From UHGV virus genome UHGV-0312702: a stretch of 64,000 nucleotides of DNA, one strand, 5' to 3'. The notes under the pieces were generated by a model that was given only the letters and a program-made list of their open reading frames with translations, ran no database searches and was not told the DNA's origin. Shown here piece by piece: positions 14,571 through 21,792 of this stretch. The position numbers were made by a program, and so were the translations under genes. Position 1 is the stretch's first letter; every line of letters begins with the position of its first letter. Source of the stretch: a virus.

Positions 14571-16187
14571 TCAACGTCTAAGCCCCTCATATGGGTTTCC
14601 TCTCACTAAGTCTGTGTGAGCACCCATTGATGGTGGCTTGAATAATTTAACTTCGTTAAGACTGTTGAAAGCATCACTGGTAGCATCCACTTGGTCATCT
14701 TTAGTTTTACCATCACCACAAAAGCCTTCAAGCTCTTGGAAGTAAGCTTCATTCCAACTACCTCTCAAGACTTTTACAAGCCCAGCTTCAGAAGCAGCAG
14801 AAAACCCCGCAAATCGGGTAACTTTGTCTTTGTTTGTTGGTTTAGCTCTTGCTCGATAACCTTTCTCGGCAAGTTTCCTGATGAGGGATGTTGCGTAGGA
14901 TTTACCAGCAGCGCCTGGGTCTTGAGGGATAAAAATACCAGTTCGCTTACCGTCACTTTCAGCAGTCAAATTAATTTGTGTTTCGACTCCAGAGGGTCTA
15001 TCTCTAAATCTTACTACATCAATGATATAATAGCAACCGTCTTTTTTAGATTTACCCATCTTAACACCTGCTGTCCAGTCTGGATTAGGGTTAATCTCAG
15101 ATGGTAAAGTTGCTGCTAAGTCCCATGCCCTGACATCGAATACGTCTTCTGGGAGTGAATCAACAATCTCACACCACTGTCTTTGCCAATAGTTTGAACC
15201 TTCTGCACGAGCCTTCCAGTTACCGAAACGAAGTCTTGCAACGTTTACAGGAGTGTTGTTTTCCAACTTACCACGATACTTTGGTTCTAAGAAGTCAAGA
15301 ATTGGGTTATCATCAATCGTACCGGAGATGAAGGTGTATGTTTGAGGAATCTCAAGAGGGAACATTTCAAGAATCTTGTCTCTTTCCCAATCAGAAACCA
15401 TCACACCATCATTCATCACATACCAACGAATACGACCACACTTTTCAGGGTCTGGATAACCTTCTTCATCTAAGAATGGTTCTACCCAATCATAAATAAA
15501 ATGGTCCCTGTCTGGGTTCATGGAAATCTTCATGTATGAGTCACCTTCAGCACCAGAACGTAGACGAGTCTGTAGGTATGAAATCTGTGAAGCAGAGAAG
15601 TGTGTACCTTCGTCAAAGTAAATAGCTGAGTATTCAATACCCTGATGACCTTCAGCGTGCTTTTCAAGTTCTAGGTAGGTAAACTTGATAGTTGCCCCAG
15701 AAGGGAATGTGATAGTCATCTTCTGCTCGTGAGGAACCCCACCAAACTTACCAAACAGTTTCTTTGCAGCAGGCCACAAACCACCTTGTAACTGTGTCGT
15801 ATTTCGACGGAAATATACAGCATTATAATTAGGGTCTTCAATAAATCTTAAAGAGTCCATTAATAATGCAGCAGTTTTACCAGCACCAGCAGCACCACCA
15901 TATAGAACCAAGTCAGCATTGGTGTTTAAAAAGACCTCTTGAGAACCCGGCTGAGGGGCTACATAATTCTTATCAGTCATTAATTTGAAGATAAGTCTAA
16001 CTTGGTCTGGTGTGTATCTTAATAAAGTCAGAATTTGAGTTGGAAGGAATTTAGAGGGGTCTTTACCGAATGATTTAATAATTTCTTTTACTTCATCAGA
16101 AAGCCCCAACTCTCCAGCTAGGACTTTCCTAACATCTTCCACTCGCTTCTGCTTAACAGCGTTTAAGTCCATTAAGCACCTCCGCAA
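14571..16187 (-). CDS. terL: terminase large subunit, 538 aa
   Basis: Walker A ATPase motif (LVLYGGAAGAGKTAAL) in N-terminal half, nuclease-sized C-terminal half, followed by portal gene. Confidence 0.85.
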   Translation of the reverse strand: MRRCLMDLNAVKQKRVEDVRKVLAGELGLSDEVKEIIKSFGKDPSKFLPTQILTLLRYTPDQVRLIFKLMTDKNYVAPQPGSQEVFLNTNADLVLYGGAAGAGKTAALLMDSLRFIEDPNYNAVYFRRNTTQLQGGLWPAAKKLFGKFGGVPHEQKMTITFPSGATIKFTYLELEKHAEGHQGIEYSAIYFDEGTHFSASQISYLQTRLRSGAEGDSYMKISMNPDRDHFIYDWVEPFLDEEGYPDPEKCGRIRWYVMNDGVMVSDWERDKILEMFPLEIPQTYTFISGTIDDNPILDFLEPKYRGKLENNTPVNVARLRFGNWKARAEGSNYWQRQWCEIVDSLPEDVFDVRAWDLAATLPSEINPNPDWTAGVKMGKSKKDGCYYIIDVVRFRDRPSGVETQINLTAESDGKRTGIFIPQDPGAAGKSYATSLIRKLAEKGYRARAKPTNKDKVTRFAGFSAASEAGLVKVLRGSWNEAYFQELEGFCGDGKTKDDQVDATSDAFNSLNEVKLFKPPSMGAHTDLVRGNPYEGLRR

Positions 16188-16193
16188 ATAGAA

Positions 16194-16394
16194 TTATTCA
16201 GAGTCTGTAGCAGTCTCTTCTTTCTTAACTTCGAACTTTGCATCAACAGCATCAAGAAGTTCATCCATAGATGCTTCTTTGATATCGATACCAGTGGCTA
16301 CAGATAGTCTGTCTGCAATTGCCATGATAGTATTCTGCATAAACTCTAACTTCTTGTTAGCTTCATAAAGTTCTTTATAAACGGTCTCGCTCAT
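16194..16394 (-). CDS. hypothetical small acidic protein, 66 aa
   Basis: ORF immediately upstream of terminase. Confidence 0.4.
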   Translation of the reverse strand: MSETVYKELYEANKKLEFMQNTIMAIADRLSVATGIDIKEASMDELLDAVDAKFEVKKEETATDSE

Positions 16395-16616
16395 TATGTT
16401 TTCTCCAAATAATTAATTTTGTTTCTCCTTAAAAAAGACGGCACAGAGACCGTCAAGGAGAAACCACAATGTACGTCAGAGACATACTGTATAAGGCTTC
16501 TTATAAAGTATAACTCTGTAAAAAAGCCCTGTCTAAAAATACTCTTCGGTAGCGAAAGGAAGAATACTTATAGCAGGGCATTATTATTATTTTAATTGAG
16601 AGAGAGTAAAATAACT

Positions 16617-16692
16617 TGGAGAATCCGAAGGGACTCGAACCCTTATAAACCTGTTTTGCAGACAGGCACATAGCCATTTCTGTCACGGATTC
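16617..16692 (-). tRNA. tRNA-Cys (anticodon GCA)
   Basis: Hand-folded cloverleaf: acceptor CGGATTC pairs with GAATCCG, T-loop TTCGAGT, anticodon loop CTGCAAA, CCA encoded. Confidence 0.75.
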
Positions 16693-16696
16693 AAAT

Positions 16697-16789
16697 TGGA
16701 GGAAGATACCAGACTTGAACTGGTACACCGATTTCTCAGCTACTGGCAGTTTAGCAAACTGCTCCCTTACCTTTTAGGGTTAATCTTCC
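16697..16789 (-). tRNA. tRNA-Ser (anticodon GCT), class II with long variable arm
   Basis: Acceptor GGAAGAT/ATCTTCC, anticodon stem GCAGT/ACTGC with loop TTGCTAA, long variable arm, T-loop TTCAAGT. Confidence 0.7.
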
Positions 16790-16790
16790 A

Positions 16791-17525
16791 TTATTTCTGT
16801 AATGCGCTCTTCATTTCTGGTGTTGCAATAGTGTCAATCACACCAGTTTTACAAGCATCATCAAACCAGTCTGGTAAGATACCTGCTAAGAACCCATTGA
16901 TATTCGTTTTAAGGTACTCTGCAATAAGGGCAGCTTCTTCTTCAATCATCTGCACAACTTCATCTGCATAAGCTGTAATCTTTGAGATACCTTCATTAAT
17001 CTTACTAACAGCCTGATTAGCTAAATCAGAAACAGTATCAAGACCCTTATCAATAGCATCTTGTAAGTCACTTAATACATCATTAACGCTGTCTAGTGTA
17101 TCATTAATAGCATCAATAGCTTTTTGACCATACTCTGTAGCAACACCCATAATACCGCTGAATGGTGTACAACCAACTTGTTCTCCCGCTGCACCCATAA
17201 CATTGGAATATCCCTTTGCTACCTGCATACGTGATGAAAACTCGTCAATAGACTTTTGACCGTAGTCTGTTAGGGTCTTAGTAGTTGCTGTAGTGCTTGT
17301 CAGACTCGTTGTAAAGCTGTTTAGAAGGACTGTTGTAAGTCCAGCAGCAACAAGTTTTTCCTTCATTGCAGGGTCTGTTACAGAGCTAATAGAGCTTACA
17401 AGTGATGTAGAGGCAGCTACGGTTCCACCTAGAACTGCTGCACCAGTAATAAGGGGGTTAGAAAACCCTTTACCAGTTTTTAAGAGATTAAAAATCTCCT
17501 TACCTTGTCCTGTCATCTCTTTCAT
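16791..17525 (-). CDS. hypothetical Ser/Thr-rich protein embedded in tRNA island, about 245 aa
   Basis: ORF-track start (17588, GTG) would overlap tRNA-Phe; first ATG that clears the tRNA is at 17525. Confidence 0.5.
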   Translation of the reverse strand: MKEMTGQGKEIFNLLKTGKGFSNPLITGAAVLGGTVAASTSLVSSISSVTDPAMKEKLVAAGLTTVLLNSFTTSLTSTTATTKTLTDYGQKSIDEFSSRMQVAKGYSNVMGAAGEQVGCTPFSGIMGVATEYGQKAIDAINDTLDSVNDVLSDLQDAIDKGLDTVSDLANQAVSKINEGISKITAYADEVVQMIEEEAALIAEYLKTNINGFLAGILPDWFDDACKTGVIDTIATPEMKSALQK

Positions 17526-17543
17526 TAAGCACCTTTGAAATTG

Positions 17544-17618
17544 GTAGTCCAGTGGGATTTGAACCCTCTTCTCATGTTTTTCAGACACGCGCTTTAACCA
17601 TATAAGCTACTTGGACTA
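17544..17618 (-). tRNA. tRNA-Phe (anticodon GAA)
   Basis: Acceptor TAGTCCA/TGGACTA, anticodon stem CGTGT/ACATG, loop CTGAAAA, T-loop TTCAAAT. Confidence 0.7.
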
Positions 17619-17623
17619 TAAAT

Positions 17624-17700
17624 TGGGGTGACCTACGGGATTTGAACCCGTATAGACCATGTTCACAGCATGGGTCATTACCATTTATGATAAGGCCACA
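17624..17700 (-). tRNA. tRNA-His (anticodon GTG)
   Basis: Anticodon stem CCATG/CATGG with loop CTGTGAA; discriminator C; CCA encoded. Confidence 0.7.
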
Positions 17701-17730
17701 TTTAAGGACTCTCGTAAGAACCCTTAGAAG

Positions 17731-17806
17731 TGGCAGCGGCATAAGGATTTGAACCTTAATAGGACAGCTTCAGAGACTGTTGCATTGCCAGTTATGCTAT
17801 ACCGCT
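17731..17806 (-). tRNA. tRNA-Gln (anticodon CTG)
   Basis: Acceptor AGCGGTA/TGCCGCT, anticodon loop CTCTGAA, T-loop present. Confidence 0.65.
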
Positions 17807-17811
17807 AAATT

Positions 17812-17890
17812 TGGTACTCCATATCGGATTCGAACCGATACATAACACAGATTTTAAGTCTGGCCTCTCTGCCAATTGGAGTAATGGAGC
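17812..17890 (-). tRNA. tRNA with leucine anticodon TAA but class I architecture (short variable loop)
   Basis: Acceptor GCTCCAT/ATGGAGT, D-arm CTCC-AATTGGCAG-AGAG, anticodon stem CCAGA/TCTGT loop CTTAAAA, 7-nt variable loop, T-arm ATCGG-TTCGAAT-CCGAT, discriminator A. Confidence 0.6.
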
Positions 17891-17892
17891 AT

Positions 17893-17968
17893 TGGCGGGG
17901 GATGTTGGAATTGAACCAACTTCTTCGATTTCAAAGACCGAGGTTTTAACCTTGTAAACTAATCCCCT
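17893..17968 (-). tRNA. tRNA-Gln (anticodon TTG)
   Basis: Anticodon stem TCGGT/ATCGA loop CTTTGAA; T-arm GTTGG-TTCAATT-CCAAC; A1-C72 mismatch. Confidence 0.65.
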
Positions 17969-17976
17969 TTAAATCT

Positions 17977-18534
17977 TTACTTTCTTAGTGGATGAATAAA
18001 GAATGCCAACATAACTCTTTCCCTTGAGAATGCTCTTTCTTCTGGGACAACACTTTTAAGTTTCCACCCAACATAAATTCTCCAGTAAAATTGTTTACCA
18101 AAGACTTTAATTGATGGGATAAAAGCAAATAATCCCCAAGCATTGCTGTTCCACATTAGGAGATAACCTGTCTGATTATCTTCAGGGTTAGAACTTACGT
18201 TGATATTACCTTTCCACTTAGTAACATCTTTTACATCTCTTCCTAACACATGGTAAGAGAAGTTATAAGCTTTGTTTCTCCAGAGCCATCCAACTCTCTG
18301 CATATAAACACCGAGCTTACCAATCTTTCTAATCTTAGCCCATCGTTTGATATGACCTGCATCACCATCAATTGGGTTGTCATAAGTCTCCATCCATCTG
18401 AAACCAAAAGGCAGATGACCTTTCTTCTCACTGTAGAATGGGACTACGAAAGGTGCTAAGATAACTGCCAAGATTGCTGCAAATGGCTCTAACAAAGCTA
18501 AGAAAATCCATGAAGCATACTTCAAATATCTCAT
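17977..18534 (-). CDS. hypothetical membrane protein embedded in tRNA island, 185 aa
   Basis: ORF with hydrophobic N-terminus (IFLALLEPFAAILAVILAPFVVPF). Confidence 0.5.
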   Translation of the reverse strand: MRYLKYASWIFLALLEPFAAILAVILAPFVVPFYSEKKGHLPFGFRWMETYDNPIDGDAGHIKRWAKIRKIGKLGVYMQRVGWLWRNKAYNFSYHVLGRDVKDVTKWKGNINVSSNPEDNQTGYLLMWNSNAWGLFAFIPSIKVFGKQFYWRIYVGWKLKSVVPEERAFSRERVMLAFFIHPLRK

Positions 18535-18773
18535 TGTCTAATCCTAGTAAGGAGGTAAACATTATTATTTGTTTCTGAGTTTTCTGGTAAAGCTGTCTCA
18601 AAATTGACGCTTTTAAATTGTCTCCCACCAAAGTAATGACCAATAAATTTTTGTACTTTTATTGGGTCACATTCCCAGCCAACTTTCAAGAAAATGTGGG
18701 TATCTATAGTGGGAACCCTTACAAACTCAATACTATTGGAATTTTCATGTTCAACGACGATTAATGTTTGCAT
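18531..18773 (-). CDS. hypothetical protein, 80 aa
   Basis: ORF overlapping the start of the downstream gene by 4 nt. Confidence 0.4.
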   Translation of the reverse strand: MQTLIVVEHENSNSIEFVRVPTIDTHIFLKVGWECDPIKVQKFIGHYFGGRQFKSVNFETALPENSETNNNVYLLTRIRQ

Positions 18774-18791
18774 AAATCTCTCTTATTTATC

Positions 18792-18867
18792 TGGCGCAGG
18801 ATAAGGGACTTGAACCCCTATTAACAGCTTCGTAGACTGTTGCTCTATCCATTTGAACTAATCCTGC
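18792..18867 (-). tRNA. tRNA-Arg (anticodon ACG)
   Basis: Acceptor GCAGGAT/ATCCTGC, anticodon loop CTACGAA, CCA encoded. Confidence 0.7.
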
Positions 18868-18872
18868 AAAAT

Positions 18873-18950
18873 TGGTGTTCCAAGACGGATTCGAACCGTC
18901 ACTAGTACAAGGTTTGAGCTTGCATCCTCTGCCAATTGGGATACTGGAAC
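18873..18950 (-). tRNA. tRNA with leucine anticodon CAA but class I architecture
   Basis: Acceptor GTTCCAG/TTGGAAC, D-arm TCCC-AATTGGCAG-AGGA, anticodon stem GCAAG/CTTGT loop CTCAAAC, 6-nt variable loop, T-arm GACGG-TTCGAAT-CCGTC; only 84 nt available between flanking tRNAs. Confidence 0.6.
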
Positions 18951-18951
18951 A

Positions 18952-19026
18952 TGGTACTCACTAAAGGACTTGAACCTTTTTCTTCATCTTGTAAGGGTGA
19001 TGTTTTACCATATAAACTAAGCGAGT
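18952..19026 (-). tRNA. tRNA-Val (anticodon TAC)
   Basis: Acceptor ACTCGCT/AGTGAGT, anticodon loop CTTACAA, T-arm AAAGG/CCTTT. Confidence 0.65.
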
Positions 19027-19122
19027 GTGAAAGAGGTCTGAAGTTGTGCCACTAACTCAACTCCGTGGAATTTGTTACGGTCTTCAGTTGACTCAAAGTG
19101 GTCTTTCACTTGACCTCTGAAT
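19027..19122 (-). ncRNA. candidate structured small RNA in tRNA-cluster spacer (not a tRNA)
   Basis: 96-nt spacer with complementary ends (AGAGGTC ... GACCTCT) and nested complementary segments (GTGAAAGA/TCTTTCAC, CTGAAG/CTTCAG); no T-loop motif. Confidence 0.3.
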
Positions 19123-19198
19123 TGGTGCTCCCACAAGGATTCGAACCCTGATAAGTTGCTTACAAGGCAACCGTAATAGCCAATTATACGATAGGAGC
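19123..19198 (-). tRNA. tRNA-Thr (anticodon TGT)
   Basis: Anticodon stem GTTGC/GCAAC with loop CTTGTAA; T-loop TTCGAAT. Confidence 0.7.
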
Positions 19199-19205
19199 AT
19201 TAATT

Positions 19206-19280
19206 TGGAGCATCCAGAGGGAATCGAACCCTCAACCTCAGTTTGGAAGACTGTAATTTTCCCGTTTAAACTATGGATGC
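19206..19280 (-). tRNA. tRNA-Gly (anticodon TCC)
   Basis: Acceptor GCATCCA/TGGATGC perfect 7 bp, anticodon loop CTTCCAA. Confidence 0.7.
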
Positions 19281-19286
19281 ACTAAT

Positions 19287-19362
19287 TGGTGGAGAAGCAG
19301 GGAATTGAACCCTGTACTTAAGTTTGCAAAACTTATGTTTTAACCATGTAAACTACATCCCC
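19287..19362 (-). tRNA. tRNA-Ala (anticodon TGC)
   Basis: Anticodon stem TAAGT/ACTTA loop TTTGCAA; G3-U70 wobble pair present (Ala identity element); T-arm CAGGG-TTCAATT-CCCTG. Confidence 0.7.
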
Positions 19363-19368
19363 AATGTT

Positions 19369-19444
19369 TGGTACAGGTGGAGGGAATTGAACCCATCGTC
19401 TTACTGATTAAGAGTCAGCCGCATAACCATTTTGCTACACCTGC
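19369..19444 (-). tRNA. tRNA-Lys (anticodon CTT)
   Basis: Acceptor GCAGGTG/CACCTGT, anticodon loop CTCTTAA. Confidence 0.65.
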
Positions 19445-19451
19445 ATTAATT

Positions 19452-19528
19452 TGGTACACCTAGAGAGATTCGAACTCACACTGAGCAGATTCTAAGTCTG
19501 CTGCCTCTACCAGTTGGGCTATAGGTGC
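19452..19528 (-). tRNA. tRNA with leucine anticodon TAG but class I architecture
   Basis: Acceptor GCACCTA/TAGGTGT, D-arm GCC-CAACTGGTAGA-GGC, anticodon stem GCAGA/TCTGC loop CTTAGAA, 5-nt variable loop. Confidence 0.6.
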
Positions 19529-19786
19529 ATTAAATCTTTTTAGAGAACTTCTAAGAACCTAAGCAACAAGGTTCCACAACAAGCTGTAATAACCTTAGAA
19601 GCCCTCTAAAAAGACCTAAAAAGGTCTTTGCATAGTCTTGTTTAATCCGGTGACTAGAACCTTTGGAGAGCTTGATATTATCTCTTCTCCGTGACACCTA
19701 CTAGGTGCTTTACTGTGCGTGTACGACAATACACGAGGGATACCAAAGCAACATCCGAATGAAGCTTGGCTTTAAATCTTATTAGG

Positions 19787-19874
19787 CGGTAAGTAAAGGA
19801 GTCGAACCCTCACCGTATCTCTACAGTGGCAACTGTTTTCAAGACAGTTTGGCTACCATTAGCCGCTACCTACC
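19787..19874 (-). tRNA. tRNA-Ser (anticodon TGA), class II
   Basis: 88 nt, acceptor GGTAGGT/ACTTACC, anticodon stem ACTGT/ACAGT loop CTTGAAA, long variable arm; CCA not encoded. Confidence 0.6.
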
Positions 19875-19887
19875 CCTAATAAGACTT

Positions 19888-19970
19888 TGGCATGGGACGG
19901 AGGAGTTGAACCCCTTTGAAACGGTTTTGGAGGCCGTTGCTCATGCCTTAGAGTCTTAACATCGTCCCAC
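19888..19970 (-). tRNA. tRNA-Trp (anticodon CCA), atypically long 5' half
   Basis: Acceptor GTGGGAC/GTCCCAT, anticodon loop CTCCAAA, T-arm GGGG-TTCAACT-CCTC; D-arm region about 7 nt longer than canonical. Confidence 0.5.
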
Positions 19971-20112
19971 ACTATAATTCGAAACTTACCGTATTATCTC
20001 AACACTGTAAAGCCCCTTCTCAGATTATTTACATGTTCTGGAAAACATGAGATACAGACCACCTCCCTACAGGAAGACCCGCTTAGGTCGTCTAAGTAAT
20101 CTGCTAACTAAT

Positions 20113-20189
20113 TGGCACACCCTACAGGATTCGAACCTGTAACTAACGATTTAGAAGACCGTTGCTCTATCCAATTGAACTAAGGGTGC
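20113..20189 (-). tRNA. tRNA-Arg (anticodon TCT)
   Basis: Anticodon stem ACGGT/ATCGT loop CTTCTAA; acceptor GCACCCT/AGGGTGT. Confidence 0.65.
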
Positions 20190-20526
20190 ATTAATCTTTA
20201 AAGACTCTCTTAGAAAGCCCTTAAAGATGCCCACCTTATTAATCATACCGTGGGCTAGTACGCCAAATTCTTTGATGAGGGATTGGAAGACCTCACTGGT
20301 GTTTAGCCTATCAAGCTACTGCCAGAAAAACATTGTCGTTTGCATTTATTTTAAATTTGCAAAATAGACGCTACGCAACGAAAACTATTCAGAATATGTA
20401 CAACAAATTTCCCCACATTGTGTTACGTCTAACGCTCATGTATTGGTGTTTGAATTATACATATTATGAATTATTTTTAGTTACTATAAAGTAGTCACAT
20501 CTCAATGTCAACAACTTTATTGAAAT

Positions 20527-20601
20527 TGGTTGTAGGTGAGGGTATCGAACCCTCTTCTAACGGTTATCAGCCGTTTGCATTACCATTTATGCTAACCCAC
20601 A
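20527..20601 (-). tRNA. tRNA-Ile (anticodon GAT)
   Basis: Anticodon stem AACGG/CCGTT loop CTGATAA; T-arm GAGGG-TTCGATA-CCCTC. Confidence 0.7.
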
Positions 20602-20602
20602 A

Positions 20603-20680
20603 TTGGAGGTTCAGGTGGGAATCGAACCCACATTCATAGGGCTTATGAAACCCCTGCATTACCTTATCTGCGACTGAACC
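20603..20680 (-). tRNA. tRNA-Met (anticodon CAT), elongator-like
   Basis: Perfect acceptor GGTTCAG/CTGAACC, anticodon stem GGGGT/GCCCT loop TTCATAA. Confidence 0.6.
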
Positions 20681-20684
20681 ATAT

Positions 20685-20760
20685 TGGTAGAAGTGGAGGG
20701 ATTCGAACCCATCGCCTGTCAGATTAAAAGTCTGCCGCATCACCATTCTGCTACACTTCC
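20685..20760 (-). tRNA. tRNA-Lys (anticodon TTT)
   Basis: Acceptor GGAAGTG/CACTTCT, anticodon loop CTTTTAA. Confidence 0.65.
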
Positions 20761-20909
20761 ATTAAATTATCTTTGTAGATAAGCTACCCAGACTTGCTTA
20801 AGGTCTGTAGCGATGTGCCTTGTTGGGTTTAAATCTAGAATTTACCCTTTCACCCTTTGTGGTCGCATACTCACAGGTAAGCTTAATAGCTCACCTACAA
20901 AGATAATTA

Positions 20910-21041
20910 CCAGACCGTTGTTTATCATCTTAAGTGCTACCATTACACCAACTCGACATCTGCCGAGTGAAGGAATCGAACCTTCGCCTTTTCTTTACCG
21001 GAGAAATAGATTGTTTAAGTTTTGCTGTAAACGGTCTTCTG
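20910..21041 (-). repeat. bounded spacer unit D (CCAGACC ... TGCTGTAAACGGTCTTCTG) containing a tRNA-like T-arm
   Basis: Shares both end motifs with units at 21055, 21484, 21637; contains GAAGG-AATCGAA-CCTTC (tRNA T-arm signature at 20969-20985) but no canonical anticodon loop or acceptor pairing. Confidence 0.5.
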
Positions 21042-21054
21042 TAAATTTGTTGAG

Positions 21055-21128
21055 CCAGACCAAGTTTTAAATTTTCAAAATTAAATTGGCTTGAAATTTC
21101 ATACATTCTTGCTGAATTTGGTCTTCTG
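21055..21128 (-). repeat. bounded spacer unit A (CCAGACC ... TGCTGAATTTGGTCTTCTG)
   Basis: Same terminal motifs as units B, C, D; the two ends are mutually complementary (AGACC/GGTCT). Confidence 0.5.
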
Positions 21129-21215
21129 CTCCTTTAAAGAATACTCGCAAGAACTCTTTAAGGGAGGGGCTAAATAGCCCTCTCAAAACATCATTTTGAA
21201 ATACTTATTATAATT

Positions 21216-21293
21216 TGGCGGTTACGAAGGGATTTGAACCCTCATCATCTCCCGTGACAGGGGAGTATTTTAACCAGATTAAACTACATAACC
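21216..21293 (-). tRNA. tRNA-Asp (anticodon GTC)
   Basis: Anticodon stem CTCCC/GGGAG loop CTGTCAC; acceptor GGTTATG/CGTAACC. Confidence 0.65.
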
Positions 21294-21298
21294 TTTAT

Positions 21299-21386
21299 TG
21301 GTGTGCCGTGTAGGAGTCGAACCTACCGAGTCTCAATGACAAGGGATTTACAGTCCCCACCGCTACCATCTACGGGATAACGACAC
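21299..21386 (-). tRNA. tRNA-Tyr (anticodon GTA), class II
   Basis: 88 nt; acceptor GTGTCGT/ACGGCAC, anticodon stem GGGA/TCCC loop CTGTAAA, long variable arm. Confidence 0.65.
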
Positions 21387-21395
21387 ATTTTAATT

Positions 21396-21472
21396 TGGCG
21401 GTTAGTCAGGGATTCGAACCCTGTGCCATTCGCTTAACAGGCGACCGCACATACCTTATGTGCTTCCTAACC
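21396..21472 (-). tRNA. tRNA-Asn (anticodon GTT)
   Basis: Anticodon loop CTGTTAA; T-arm CAGGG-TTCGAAT-CCCTG. Confidence 0.65.
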
Positions 21473-21483
21473 TTAATACATTG

Positions 21484-21542
21484 CCAGACCGTGTTTTTCT
21501 TTTATCCGCAAAAAGTAGTTTGTTGCTGAATACGGTCTTCTG
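21484..21542 (-). repeat. bounded spacer unit B (CCAGACC ... TGCTGAATACGGTCTTCTG)
   Basis: 59-nt unit between tRNA-Asn and the second CAT tRNA with the same end motifs. Confidence 0.5.
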
Positions 21543-21548
21543 CAAAAT

Positions 21549-21625
21549 TGGAGGCGGGTGCAGGAGTCGAACCTGCCGATACCATGCTAATGAGACATGT
21601 GAGACGCCCTTTCTCTATACCCGCA
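21549..21625 (-). tRNA. tRNA with anticodon CAT, second copy (initiator Met or Ile-lysidine type), atypical
   Basis: Anticodon stem CATGT/GCATG loop CTCATTA (pyrimidine at 37); acceptor pairs only with a 1-72 mismatch or a 1-nt register shift; D-stem GAGA/TCTC. Confidence 0.5.
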
Positions 21626-21636
21626 ATTCTTAATGA

Positions 21637-21709
21637 CCAGACCAAATCTCTTCTTTGTCCGATTGAATGTCAGATGAATAAGATTAAATTTGCTGTAATT
21701 GGTCTTCTG
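21637..21709 (-). repeat. bounded spacer unit C (CCAGACC ... TGCTGTAATTGGTCTTCTG)
   Basis: 73-nt unit between the CAT tRNA and tRNA-Glu with the same end motifs. Confidence 0.5.
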
Positions 21710-21716
21710 TCAAAAC

Positions 21717-21791
21717 TGGTGTCGTAGACAGGATTCGAACCTGCGAGCAACTGATTGAAGGTCAGGTGGCTAACCATTTGCCTTCTACGAC
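21717..21791 (-). tRNA. tRNA-Glu (anticodon TTC), C at position 33
   Basis: Perfect acceptor GTCGTAG/CTACGAC, anticodon stem CTGA/TCAG with loop CCTTCAA. Confidence 0.55.
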
Positions 21792-21792
21792 A

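Noticed and set aside
17526-17588. N-terminal extension of the 265-aa ORF to the GTG at 17588
   Set aside because: The extension overlaps tRNA-Phe (17544-17618); the CDS was shortened to the ATG at 17525.
20958-21041. A 28th tRNA gene suggested by a perfect T-arm
   Set aside because: No acceptor-stem pairing and no 7-nt anticodon loop with U33 could be found; kept as part of spacer unit D.
20813-21070. 85-aa + strand ORF inside the tRNA island
   Set aside because: Overlaps the repeated spacer units and the tRNA-like element, has no RBS, and is on the opposite strand to everything around it.
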